From the NCBI RefSeq assembly GCF_009914755.1, contig NC_060932.1: a stretch of DNA of 64,000 bases, one strand, 5' to 3'. A program made the position numbers and the translations under genes. The DNA comes from the human T2T-CHM13v2.0 reference genome, Homo sapiens. How positions within the stretch are numbered: position 1 is the stretch's first letter; every line of letters starts with the position of its first letter. Below are positions 17,011-33,228 of this stretch, one piece after another. The notes below the pieces were generated by a model that saw only the letters and a list, made by a program, of their open reading frames with translations, did no database searches and was not told the origin of the DNA.

Positions 17011-20000
17011 TTCTATTCTTTTGTCCTCTGCTAAAATAGCAAATGTCCAGATTTTCTTTACACATCTTCTACAATTCACCACTCATTCATTCAACAAAGA
17101 TTCATTAAATGCCTTTTATGTGCAGAGCACAAGGAGAACAAAAATTTGTTTATGTATTATTGTTTTTATTTACTTATTATTACATTTATATCTTCATTCC
17201 TAATAGATTTTGAGTCAAAAAGTACGTACCAGGACAATTAAAAATTTTACTCCACAGTTGAAAAAAAAATCATAGCAAAGTAAGAATTGGTGTTACATAA
17301 TGAGATAAAAATTAAAAAGCTAATATATAGATATTAGACCATAATGGTCTACATGACTAGTTATTGAAAGTGGGCTGTGCTGAACTGCCTAATTACCAAA
17401 GCAAAGCCAAAAACATGACAGTTACAAAATCTACATTAACCATAAGGTGGTACAAATGTTATTTATTGGACAGGCTACAGCTACCAATAGTTGTGAGACC
17501 CAAGGGAAGTTATCCCAGGTAACAGTGAATGAGGTACTATGATGGAGTGATACAGTGGATGACATCCTGAAGAGTATTTCTACAACTACAACAATATTGC
17601 ATTTCTGTTTAATGACTACCATAAGATGATTAAGATAAAAAGGAAACTGGAGACTTCTTCAGGGACCCAATAGAGAGTAAGAGAGATGAATCCTGGCCAA
17701 AAAGGAGGGTTAAGCATTATGATTTATGATTGCTCCCATTCCAGGCAGGGTCCTGTCCACATGGACAGTGGAAAGCAGGGAAGGAGGGGTTGTATCACAG
17801 CCACCGTGCCTCAGAAAATTGGATGCTGTCTCTACACAATTGCTCTTCCCAAGGCCTCTGAGGACTTTACACCAGAACACATTTTGGTAAAAATGATTCT
17901 GTGATCTGGCTTGGTCCCAGGTAGATTTAGAATGTGGACAGCTTGGGCTCACGATTCAGGAGCAGCACCACTTATTTCATTGCAGACATCTTTGCCCCAT
18001 TCCAGAGATTGGAATTTTACAGTTCCAGGGTGGGGCTGGGGCCTTGACATTTTTAAGGAACTCCCCAGTGATTCCTTGCTGATAACCCATGGACCACATT
18101 TTGGGAAATTTAGAAAGGATGGATGAATCCTTCTTTCTGCCTAAAATATAGCTACAGAGAGAAGTAAGTTATGGTCATTTGCTGGCAAGAGCCCAGAGGA
18201 CATACTCTTGCTGCAAGTTTCTAAAAGAAATATATTTGAATAATCTTATAAAAATTAAGAATATAACCAGACTTCTGTCAGACTAGTAGATGGACAAGGA
18301 GGAATATTCCCAGGTTAGAGCCAACATTTCTTCAAACAGAATTCTGTGCCTGCTTCAAGGCTGGGTCCAGAAATCCACACTGGAGGACATCATTGGTATC
18401 ACTGAAAAAAAAATTAAAGCACTTATGAACTGCTCATCATTGCCTTTTAAAAATATCTCAATGATTCACCCATGAAACAACTAATTTTAAACTCTCTTGA
18501 TGAAGCTTCCAGGGCAGAATTAGTTGGAAAATGCACCCCTGGGCATCTGAATGAGCTGAGCCCCTATACCTAATTGTTGGTTATCAGCTAGCTGAATTTC
18601 GAAGGGCATTTTTCCATAAATGCTGGTCTAAAAGGTTTTAGAATCTCTGGTTTTAAGTCATTCTTTCTGACATTACTTACAGAGCAGGCCCACTTTGAGA
18701 CTTTTATTTGTGATTATAAACCCACATGTTCAGCAAACGGGACCACGGGTGTGTGATCCTAACGCATCTAAAAACAGTTCAAATCATTAATGTACATTTT
18801 TTATGAGGCGCGACAGGGGAGCAAAATACACCCCTCTTTTAAACTGCTTATACTTACCTAACCTCTCAGTATACTGTTCTTCCTGCTGATTTTGAACCTC
18901 ACAGTGTACTAATTTACAAGTTTTGTGCACACGTCAGTAACTGGGATGTATACTCAATTCCTTTCATCTGATTCTGACCAACTCTTTTTTTATTATTTTT
19001 TCTTTCCTTTGCACTACTGGAAAGCTAGATTGTGACTGATTTATGTTCAAGATCAAAGGCAACGAAAACTGTGAACAATCTAGTCCTTGATCTACTTCTC
19101 CATACCAACAGTCAACAGTGGAATAAGCTCTCAAAGCTCACTTAGCAGCCTGAGAAACCAAACTGGCAATTCGTCGAGGGACAACTGGTACCTGCAGATG
19201 GACTGTTCCAAATGTCTCATTAATTTAGGGGGGTAAAGAATTTTCCCGTTTGAATATGGGACAGACTAGCATGTTCTTAGGTGGAATCATATGAAAGAGA
19301 ATGGCCAGGAAGTCGGGGTCCAAGATTCTCCCCGCACTGCTTGACCACAATAGCTCTGGTTTTACCTGTTTTCTTTGGCTAGTCTTTAAAAAGTTGTCTT
19401 GTAAAAGGTTTAAATATAACCTAGAGACCTTATCCTGGGTCTATCCAGAGAGGACACTCCGTTAGAGTTACTACAAATAAACAAAATAATCCATTATAAT
19501 AGACCATGAGGAATTCAGGTGGCAAGAAGTATTCATCAGGTGTTTTAATTAACTTTAGTATCTAATTAACTATATTAATGAGGACGCATTATCAGACCCA
19601 ATAAGTTCAGGCTATTTTGTTCCCTGGGTTATAAAACCAGAATAAGACCAGAATAAAAAATTCTAGATTTCTCCAATTTTGCTCACAAAATTTATAAACA
19701 GGTATCTTTCCCCATTATTGTGACATTAATCTCATTTCCAATGTCCAACTTAGAGGCTCTCACATGGAATTTGTTAATAGTGGAGTTTGGGGCAAGTGAT
19801 AGATTTAAAATATAATCAGTGATGGGCTCTTCCAAATTCTATTTCATATGACACCTCATAACCAGGTCAATTTGGGAATCTGTTTTATTTGTCTCTTTGT
19901 TCTCTCATTTTTAAGTTAACAAAGAGTCCTTGTCAAGCAAAATTTGGAGGAAAAAGATTTACAATTTTCCCAGCTGTGAAAGTGATAAAGCCAGTTTAAT

Positions 20001-20488
20001 TTGTCCACAATTTGTTGAAAATAAGAGAAACTTATCAAAGATTTTGAGGTTTAGCTTCAAGATCTTCAAACAGTAAAAAGTTAGCAATAAAATTAGAAGG
20101 CACCTCATTTCACCTCACTCTCTACAATCCCTAATCTTATTGGTCACATTTGTAGAACATACAGTTAGACGATGAGATAAAATTGACCACTCAGGCCAAG
20201 CGTGTGTCCCAGGGAGGGGAATAAGTAGGAAGACACTAACCGTTTTGTCTTTAACACTAGCTTCAGGGTAGAAATCAGATTTATCCTGTGCTATCCTGCA
20301 GATATAAGGTTTTTTCCCCCCAAAGAAATATGGTTAATGTGATTGAAGAAAAATAATATGGTCATTTAAATTTTATTATATTTTTATAATAAAAAGGAGA
20401 GTGATGTGCTAGTGAAACCCTATGAGGTGTATACTATCTCATATACAAAAAATCATGGGCTCAAAGGTGTTAAAAAAATCAGTTTGCT

Positions 20489-21030
<542 letters not shown>

Positions 21031-21165
21031 ACAGAATAAATCCAACCCCTTTACACATATAACTCTTAGAATTTTTGAGGTTTCCATTTTCATTGATGGC
21101 TTTCACCCCATTATAATTCTAGTCATCCTTTTATGGAGACATTCCAATTCATAAGGAGCTCTCTA

Positions 21166-21345
<180 letters not shown>

Positions 21346-21411
21346 TTAAAATTAAAAAGAAACATTTAAGTAATGATCACAATGGATCCAGCCTTTTCGA
21401 TGTAATAGTAA

Positions 21412-21782
<371 letters not shown>

Positions 21783-21784
21783 GC

Positions 21785-22086
21785 TTTTTTTTTTTTTTTT
21801 TTTTTTGAGACAGAGTCTGGCTGTCTCCCAGGCTGGAGTGCAGTGACGCGATCTTGGCTCACTGCAACCTCCACTTCCTGGGTTCGAGTGATTCTCTTGC
21901 CTCAGCCTCTTGAGTAGCTGAGATTACAGGCATGCGCCAGCACGCCCCGCTAATTTTTGTATTTTTTGTAGAGAAGGGGTTTCCCCATGTTGGCTAGGCT
22001 GGTCTCAAACTCCTGACCTCAAGTAATCTGCCTACATCAGCCTCTCAAAGTGCTGGGATTACAGGCATGAGCCACCGCGCCCAGCC
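21785..22086 (-). mobile_element. AluSx-type
   Basis: Full dimer. Confidence 0.9.
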
Positions 22087-22500
22087 TTGTGTTGTACTTT
22101 TTAGAAAAACTATTTACATCCTACAACCTCTACATCTTTCTTATGTGAACTATGTTTAAGTTACCATTAAGCAATTGATTTCTTAACAGAGTTCACAACA
22201 GTTATTCTGTTACTCTCTCATTTGTATTAGTGATAAATGTAATGTGTCAAGATATTTTTATTTTAAAACTTGACCATGTCATCTAACATATAAGTTATTC
22301 AAAACCTTTTCATCCACATTTTTATACGCTTTCTACATGCTTACCTAATTCAATGATAAAAATATTGATAAGATGACTTATAGAAGCTTCCTAAATTAAT
22401 TATCATTAACAAATGGCCTTTAGAGACCAGTTATTGTCTCCACCTGAGGGTATGTAAGCTTGCCCATATGCCTGTTCTAAAAATGCAAGCTTTATGATCC

Positions 22501-23146
22501 TGTTATGGCGAGGCCAAAGATAGGAGAGGATTGCCATTGAAAAGTTTGATTTAACTTAGTAATTCCACAATGAATCCATATACTATAATGTCACATTGTA
22601 TCCCACAAAGATACACAATTGTTATTTGTCAATTAAAAATAAAATTTAAAAAACAAAAAGATAGTTTGTTACTCAAAGTTCCCAGGAAGAGGCGGCTCAC
22701 CACGCCAGGCAGGCCACCGGGCAGTAACCAGCTGTCAGAAGGCAGCAGGAGCCAGAGGAGCACATGGGAAAAGCCTTTATTGTGATTTTTCTAGGGCAGG
22801 AATGGATGAGGCAGAACTAGCAGCTGAACCGGTTTAGAATTACATTGTTTGTATAATGTCAGCGGGCTCTGGGGTATAGGGATATCCACTAGTTGTCTGG
22901 TGCCTGGCTCTGGGTGCTTCAGGGCAGAGGGCGAGAGTCCCAGGCTGCAGAAGTCTGCTGATAGGAGAGAGGTGGGCACGTAAATCAGAACTGATTGATT
23001 TGCATCTCCAAGACAGGTGCGCAGGCAAATTGTTTGCTATGGCTAAGAATTAGTTAGCCCTGGGAGGGGCAGCCTCTCTCCATGGTCAGTGAGGCCCCAA
23101 ATGCCAAAGAAAAAAAAAAGCAGAAAATAAGAAAATATAGTTAATA
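22501..23146 (-). mobile_element. ERVL-type solo LTR (MER74/MER73-like), interrupted by a short L1 3' end
   Basis: Reverse-complement homologue of 24905-25445 (gggaact.tgagtaacaaactatcttttcaatggca); octamer ATTTGCAT at 22998-23005. Confidence 0.8.
22545..22659 (+). mobile_element. L1MA-type extreme 3' end
   Basis: attccacaatg...cacattgtatcccaca...ttatttgtcaattaaaaataaa, inserted at gaaaag|atag of the LTR. Confidence 0.75.
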
Positions 23147-24369
23147 TGATGTCCCCAACGTATCTGTAAGGATAGTGCCCTGCTGTGACCTAATTATGGT
23201 GTGCCTGTGGCATTTACTGAGCCATCTGTCTAAGCTTTTCTCACTTATTAAGAATGCAGATTTCCAAGACACACTCTAGAGCTGCTGAGGCTAAAAACCT
23301 GCAGGGAAGCAGGGAGTGGACAGTGTGCATGCAGCAAGCAAACCAATCTCCTGTAAGGCCCCTTAGCACGAACAGCCGCCAGGGAACCACAGGCCTCGGG
23401 CAGCTTCCATGCTGCAGGAATGGCTCTGCAGAATGCCTCCTTCCTGAAACAGATTTTCTAGTTCCTCAGGCAAGGGAATTTGACTTTCAATTGCCTGACA
23501 TTTCTTATTAAAACCTTTCCTGACAAGCTAGAATATCATGCTTACAAGCTGTAGTGCTATGGTACGTTTTCCAGGTTTCCAGGCAGGGACGTGCACTAAG
23601 AAACCTGCCAACAGTCTGAATATTCATCTGTGCTCTCAGCCAGCAGAACTGCTGACACAAGGGTTACAACTGGGATGGTTCTGCCTGTAAGAATCTGAAA
23701 GGACAGGACGTGTTTAGAACCTCTCAAATTTCTCTACTTACTGACCCCTTCATCTATGTAGACACAGCCCTGCAAAAACACAGCCAAAGGCATCAAGGAC
23801 AAACTCAAATTGTCGCATGCCTTCTCTCTTCCGAGTAACTTCTATAAAAATCTGGAAAGGCAGAAAACAATAGGCAGAATAAAAACCATGAACATCCTCA
23901 CTTATGGCTCATTCTGGAGCTGATTCACTGACTTGCTGGCCACTGTCAGAAAGGAAGGCAGGGATAGACTACATGCGTGTACACAGTAAGGCTGGGGGCA
24001 GCCTAACTGGTGTTTCCTACTGGTGACGTCACCTCCCACCTAAAATCTTGGTAGTATTGAGGCTTTGGTGAATATCATGTCTACATTTCTTTTTCTTCCT
24101 AAACTCATAAACCTGGAAATCTGGGGTGAGGATGCCCATTGAAAACTCCTCATAAGGTCTCCCTCCCCTCCCCACTCTCCAACCAAAGTGGCAGCAGAAT
24201 GCTCCCAACTGTGAAAGATGCAAAAATGCTATCCTACTGTTCGGGGAGCAGGGCAAGAGGAGATAAAAAAGTGTACAACTCACTAAGTTAACTTCTTTGA
24301 TTTCCCAGAGCCAAGATGGACCTCACACCAGAAAACAACACTGCATGTAGCTTTGACAAGCTCTAAGAA

Positions 24370-24550
24370 AAGCGAGGTTCAAATTCCACCTGGCCCACTA
24401 GTTGGGTAACCTCAGGTGAGCTATTCATCTCCTGGAGTCTATGTTTCCACATCTGAGGAGCCAGAACACACATGATACCCACCTCAGAGGGTGTCATGAG
24501 GGACACAGGAAGTCAGGCGTGTGAAAGCACTTCACAAAGTGCCCAGCACC
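24370..24550 (+). mobile_element. MIR
   Basis: ggttcaaattcc...tagttgggtaacctcagg...tttccacatctg...acctcagagggt...gtgtgaaagcactt. Confidence 0.7.
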
Positions 24551-24904
24551 CATGGGGTCCTCTCATCTCACAGGGGACGAAGGACTTCATTGCCTGCCCT
24601 GTGATGGGGGCCGAAGGCACAGAGGACTCTTTATAATGGCACATGAGCTGCAGGACCCATAGGGAACCGATCCCTCTGCTGCCTCCCTTTCACACACACC
24701 TCCAAAAAAAATGTTCTAGTGAAAATAGTGGAGTTTCAATCTGCAGTGAAAGAAACCCAAGAAGTTCATGTACTCCATTGGCCCCGCTCCACGAAAGCGG
24801 AGACCTTGTCTTTCCTGCTCAGCACTGCAGCTCACTGTTGAGCCCATCTTCTCAGTGTCAATGCTCAGAACATCACCAGTCGGTGAGCATGACTTTCTGC
24901 TAGT

Positions 24905-25454
24905 GTTATCAACCATGTCCTTTATTTTCTGGGTTCTGATGCTTTGGCTTCTAGGGCCTTGCTGACCCAGAAGGTACTGCCCTTTCCAGGGTAGCCAATT
25001 CCTAGAGTGGGGAAACAACTCACCTGGGAGCTCATCTTTCAAATGCAAAGCAACCAATCCAGACTCTACTCCCACCACCTCCTTCATTGCCCTCTCACAC
25101 TCTGGGCCACTATTTCCCTTCTCTAATTATCCTAAGGCCAGGTACCAGACAACCAGGAACAGCCCCTATGCCCCAGAGCCCACTGAAATTATTTAAGCCA
25201 ACCAATTCTAAGCCTGTTTACCCTGCCTCACCTGTTCTGGCTCATGGAAACTATAATAAAGGCTCTTGCACATTTTTTCACTCCCTCTGCCACCTGACCA
25301 ACCCTGGTGCTTCCCCATCCTCCCTTTGGCCCCATGGAATGGTGTGCCTCTTCCTCTTGGGAACTGTGAGTAACAAACTATCTTTTCAATGGCAGTCGTC
25401 TTTTGAGCCATTGGTCTTGCCATACCTAAATAAGAATAAAACCTATATTAAAAC
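24905..25454 (+). mobile_element. ERVL-type solo LTR (MER74A-like)
   Basis: TG...CA ends; ccaggtaccagacaac.agg.acagcccctatgccccagagccc; AATAAA near 25255. Confidence 0.8.
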
Positions 25455-25667
25455 AGCTGGGCATTGAGAGTTCAAACAAGAAAAATATATCCCCTCATGG
25501 TATTTTAAAATCAGAGCCACTTTAAGCAGCCGACCAGGCAATCAGTTACCCGGAACTAATTTCTAGAGACATGACAGCATCCCTAGAATAACTCACAAGT
25601 TCAGTGTGGGGCAATCCAGGATTCCCCACATGGCAGAATATAAACCTGCCCCACTTCCTCTGAAATA

Positions 25668-26930
25668 TTAGGCTGGTACAAAAGTAATTGCGGTTTTGGA
25701 CCACGAATTTTAAATCATTATAACAAGGCTCAAACACATCTTTATTAATCAAAATAGGAGCCATAACAACCAAAACATTTTTCCCAACGAGAAATAAGTT
25801 TGTTTATTCCTGTAGCTTAAAAGTCCATGCTTCAGGATTCAATGAAATCTTGGAAAGCATTTTCTTCATCCTGCTGGTTGTGGACCCCTGCAAAACGTTG
25901 TCAAGGTGCTTGAAGAAGTGGTAGGTGGTTGGCGAGAGGTCAGGTGAATATGGTGGATAAGGCAAAATGTCATAGCCCAATTCATTCAACTTTTGAAGTG
26001 TTGGTTGTGTGACTTGCAGTCAGGCGTTGTCATGGAGAAGAATTGGGCCCTTTCTGTTGAACAATGCCAGCTGCAGGCATTGCAGTTTTCGGTGCATCTC
26101 ATCGATTTGCTGAGCATACTTCTCAGATGTAAGGGCTTTGCTAGAATTCAGAAAGCTGTAGTGGATCAGACCAGGAGCAGACCACCAAATAGTGACAGTG
26201 TCTTTTTTTGGTGCAAGTTTGGCTTTCGGAAGTGCTTTAGAGCTTTTTCTCAGTACAGCCACTGAGCCTGTCATCGCTGATTGTCATATAAATTCCACTT
26301 TTTCTGCACGTCACAATCCGATCAAGAAATGGTTCATTGTTGCATAGAATAAGAGAAGGTGACACTTCAAAATGATAATTCTCTTTTATTTTCGCTCAGC
26401 TCATGAGGCACGCACTTATCGAGCTTTTTCACCTTTCCAATTTGCTTTAAATGACAAACAACTATAGAATGGTCAATGTTGAGTTCTTTGGCAACTTCTC
26501 CTGTAGTTGTAACAGAATCAGGTTCAATGATTTCTCTCAATTGGTCATTGTCAACTTCTTATGGCCCTTCACTAAGCTCCTCATCTTCAAGGCTCTGGTC
26601 TCCTTTGAAAAACTTCTTGAACCACCACTGCAGTATATGTTCGTTAGCAGTTCCTGGGCCAATGCATTGTTGATGTTGCAAGTTGTCTCTGTTGCTTTAT
26701 GACCCATTTCGAACTCGAACAAGAAAATCGCTCAAATTTGCTTTTTGTCAAACATCGTTTCCAAAGTCTAAAATAAAGAGCAAGTAATAAGTCATTAGCA
26801 AAAAGCATAAAGAGAGAAGTGCCCATTAAAATGATGTATAACATAACCACATTTATTTAAGAATGTATTCCAATATCAAACAACAAATTCCAACAATGCA
26901 AAAACTGCAATTACTTTTGCACTCACCTAA
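25668..26930 (-). mobile_element. HSMAR1 mariner, near full length, with a dead transposase
   Basis: TIRs ttaggctggtacaaaagtaattgcggtttt / aaaactgcaattacttttgcactcacctaa with TA TSDs. Transposase motifs FEFEMGHKA, (W>C)VPHEL, LLHDNA, PPYSPDLSPT. Confidence 0.97.
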
Positions 26931-27091
26931 TACATTCCTGTAGCAGACCTGCAGGTCAGCCCATAAGCACTGAGGCTGTTTGACACACACATACGGTCAC
27001 TGCACAAGGAAACCACAGTCATGAAGACACCCTGAGGCCGGACAGCTGAAAAAGGCAAAAGATAGCAAAGACCTTAGAAATGCGAAAATCA

Positions 27092-27449
27092 ATGGTATAG
27101 ACAAAATTTGTGTTCCACAAAATTCATATGTGAAAACCTAATGCCAATGTGGTGGTATTTGTAGCTGGGCCCTTTGGGAGGTAGCTTGGTAGTGAGGATG
27201 AAGCCTTCAGGTATGGGATTAGTGTTCTTATAAGAAGGGACAGGAGAGCTTCCTGGCTCTCTTTCCACCATGTGAAGATACAATAAGTCAGCAGTTTGCA
27301 ACCTGGAAGAGGGCCCTCGGCAGAACCTGACCCTGCAGGCACCCTGATCTCAGACTTCCAGCCTCCAGAACCATGAGAGATAAATTCCTGTTGTGTATAA
27401 GCCCCCCAGGCTATGTACTTTGTGATAGCAGCCCAAACTGCCAAAGACA
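27092..27449 (+). mobile_element. MaLR solo LTR (MLT1A-like)
   Basis: aaattcatatgtgaaaaccta...gacttccagcctccagaac...ataaattcctgttg...agcagccc...aagaca. Confidence 0.85.
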
Positions 27450-27589
27450 ATCAATTGTGCATAGCCTGGTGCTTTCAGTGAAGACCACGACTGATTTTTC
27501 TCTCCAAAATGTAAACCCTTTAGTGTGATGATCAAGAAGTCTTCTGATTCAGAGAAATTGCAGGAAAAGTGTCTCCAATGTTTTCTGGA

Positions 27590-27730
27590 TTTATGACCTT
27601 AAAAAAGATACTCAAATTTAGAGTTTCAGCTTCTTCAACTATAAAATAGGAATGCTAATATCTTTTTTCCAAGGTTGCTGTGAAGATTAACAAAAAGGAA
27701 TTTAAAGCACCAGGCAAATGACAGGTATTG
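27590..27730 (+). mobile_element. MIR fragment
   Basis: tttcagcttcttcaactataaaatagg...ggttgctgtgaagattaa. Confidence 0.55.
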
Positions 27731-28289
27731 TTATTGTTATTATAATTATTATTTATCTCTCTGTGGCCCATTTCCATACCAGGGAACAGCATTCAGATTA
27801 GTAATCTGGCTTACAGAAACACTGATACCATGATGCAAAGCACCTTGTATGTCACACACAAATATTCACATCTCTGCTGCAGATCAATAAATTAACTTTC
27901 TGGTGCACACTGGACTCTTGTGAGTTTGTTAAGCTGGTCAGTTCTAAAACACTAGTAAAACAAAACTTAATTTGCTGTAACATTGAGGTAGACTCTACCA
28001 TGGGACTGCCATCTGGTGAGGCCCTTTCTAAGCGGCTGGCTGCCAGAGCTGTCCTGCCCTGATGGTTCTGCCACATGCTCGTGTTCTAACTGCAGCATGC
28101 ACAGGATAGGAGAGTGAGAATTTCAGACAAAGCCATTGTGCTCCCATCTTTCCTCATAATGCACAAAATATTTGGTGAGATCAAGTGAAGCAAATTATTA
28201 CAATCGCTTCCCTTAAATAACTTTAAATGTAGGATACCATTTGATTCTAGCATGAACTTTATGGACATAGAGAGGACAGTGAATCATAA

Positions 28290-29230
28290 AAAGAAAACCT
28301 AAAACTTCCTACAAATAACAACTATAAACTCTAGATGAAATATAAAAGCAACTACCTGAAGGTAGAAAAGAACAAACAAAGGCAGGAACATAGTAGAAGG
28401 GGATGGACACATGGAAGATGGGAAGACACGGAATGAGATTCCCATTTTTATGATTGTTAGCCTTGAGGAGAGGTATCAATCTATACCACGTGGGGTGGCT
28501 AAACCAGGGAGTTAAAAAACAATTTTAAGTATTACTAGCTTGAAGAAAAAGATAGCTGAGATTGGGAAGAAACAGTAGTTGGAAAATGAGAAGGGAAATA
28601 TCAGAAAGGAGAGAGCCAGAGAGGCAAATTCTGTCCAAATCCCTTGACAACCTCTGAATCACACTTGCACAGCCCAGCTCCAGGTTAGAGCAGAACAGGG
28701 AAGACAGAGTTTGCAGTTTGAGTTTATTAAGTTAACTGCCTGTACAAACAAAACAACAACACTTTTTGTGATAGCATAACAGAATCCAGAATCTATATAA
28801 TAGATCATTTACAATATCCAGGGCACATTCCAAAATTCTCTGATATACAAACAAACAGGAAAATGTGACCTATACTTAAAAGAAAAGACAATCAGCAGAT
28901 ACTAACTCTGAGATAAGCCAAAGGTTAGAATTCGCAAAGATTTTAAAGCAGCTGCAATGACTATATTCTACGACGCAGAAGAAAATATACCCATAAGTGA
29001 TGCAAAGAGAGAATATCTTGGCAGCAAAATAGAAAACATAAAAGAAAAAGAAGGGAATAACAAATCTAGGACAAAAGTATAATACCTGAAATTCAAAATT
29101 CATGGGATGGGTTTAACAATAGGTTGAAGATGTCAGAATAAACAAGAAAATAAAATAGAAATCATCCATCTGAAAAACAGAGAAAAAAGATATTTTTAAA
29201 AGAGAGCAGAACCTCAGTGAACTGTGAAAT
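28290..29230 (+). mobile_element. Old L1M 5'/ORF1 remnant
   Basis: Degenerate ORF1-like sequence (caaagattttaaagcagctg, gatgggtttaacaataggttg, cagaacctcagtgaactgtg). Confidence 0.65.
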
Positions 29231-30167
29231 ACCCAGATAAAAACAGCATCTAGCAGTTCATCAATATTGGTGGTGACAAGTAATTATTCCAATGTGATCG
29301 ATTAGTCAATGTCCCAAAGATGAGACTAATTCCTCATTCACTTCTAGCTGTAAAAACTCTGGATGACCTTGTTAGATATAGTGCAAGACACCCATAAATT
29401 TGCAGTTGTACTGAGAAATCAGGTCATAATGGATATATAAGCTTGGAAATGCAGAACATGCGAAAGTTAGAGAATATATCACTTCTTGGGAATACATAAA
29501 GCTTCAGGAACTAAAAGTCTTGTGAAAGACATGGACTTAAAAGTCTCATTTATATAAAAAGGGAAACTGACTTACAAAAAAAGCACTGAGCCTCGTTCAT
29601 GTTTAAAAGTCTTGGCCTGCACAACGAATGCTGGGTCCTAACCAAGAATCAATTTCTTGAAAACTGTATCCTGCAACCTCAGCTAGTCTGAGGAGGTGTT
29701 TTCTTTGTTGTTGTTGTTTTGTCTATTAGGTCTTATAAAACTCTCTGCAATCCTAAGGAATACAATCACAGGAAGATAAAATCAATCAATCAATTTATCC
29801 ATCCATGGCATTAGCACATTTGTAACTGGTATTAGTAAATATAATCAGTTTTGTAATTGTTGCTACACTGCTGTGCTTTTTTTTTTTTGCTTTTTAATGT
29901 GTGTGAAGTATTAGATAGATTAGATTTGTAATTTTATTTGATGTTTAGAAGGGTTTGATTAAGTTTGCAATCAATGCTTAAGCATTTGGGTAATTCATTT
30001 CTTAAATGTATAAGTTTTGACTTATTCATTTTAAGAGCATGTAACTATGTAGAGGAATATTAATTCTTTATGCTTAATGTTTGAAGGAATGTTAATTGTT
30101 TTAAAAATGTACAATATCAATAAAATGGACATTAAATAAAATATAATTAACTGTTGGTGTTCTTTAC

Positions 30168-32081
<1,914 letters not shown>

Positions 32082-32894
32082 GGACAGGTCCTTCTCTTGA
32101 AAAAAAAAAGTATAATATCAATAAAATGGACATTAAATAAAATACAACTAGCTGTTGGTGCTCTTTACAATTTTAGGTGATTTTGTTCATGGAGAGAGAT
32201 CTAGTCAACAATTTTAAATAAAGTTCTATAGCAAATGCAAACAAATCCTAGAAGAAAATCAATATTTTATGCATATGTTCATAATATCATGTTGTATACT
32301 ACTCAAATTCCAACTTAAATAATCTCCAACTTTAGTGTTCTAAATTCCATTTTCAGGAAATCAGATTTAATCCTATTCTGACAAAAGTAATAATATAATA
32401 TTGTCTCAACAACTACAGCTACAGATCAAGAAAAAGGTCATTTTTGCATTCCTGGCTGAGATTCATGCCCCACAAAAAACACATTTGATGTTTGATCATT
32501 TTTCTTTTGAGTGGCCATATCTAACCTCATCTGTTAGGCTGGCAAAAGACCTACATACAAGGAAATAGCCAGGTTTCAGTGAAAATAAATACCAAAACAT
32601 GAAGGCCAAAAAGACAGATCCTTCAAACTAGCTGCAAATGGTATTTGTCCCTACACATAACTTTTTTTTAAAAAAAGTTATTTTACCTTTATTTACCAGT
32701 TGGCAGAATAATGAGCTAATTAGTTTCCTAGCAGTATCCAAAAATGATTAATAAGTGAGAATTTTTTAGCATCATAAACTTATCAATTTTAAGATGGCAT
32801 ATACATATATTAACTTACTGCAATAATTATTCTTTTTGATTGTCAAATTGCCCTTTCTAAGCATCTCTTATGTCCTTTGGAGATGACCCTAGTA

Positions 32895-33228
32895 ATGTTT
32901 TAAATTGGGGTAAAATATACATGGCATAAAATTTGCTATTTTAACCATTTTTAAGTGTACAGTCCAGTGGCACAAAGTACATTCATATAGTTGTTGCACC
33001 CATCGCTATTAACACCTCCCATTCCTACCTCCACACAACTCTTGGTAATCACCCCTCTGCGTTCTCTCTCTATGAATTTGACTAGTCTAGGTGCCTCATA
33101 TAAGTAGACTCGTACAGTGTTTATCTTTGTGTGACTGGGTGATTTCACTTAGCACAATGTCCTCAAGGTTCATCCATGTTGTAGCACATCAGAATTTCCT
33201 CCCTTTTTATGGTAGAATGATATTCATC
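32895..33228 (-). mobile_element. L1MB 3' end
   Basis: taaaatttgctattttaaccattttttaagtgtacag...ttcacttagcacaatgtcctcaaggttcatccatgttgtagca. Confidence 0.85.

Noticed and set aside
29240-30100. Possible pseudogene or DNA-transposon coding relic
   Set aside because: No sustained reading frame or recognisable motif; left unassigned.
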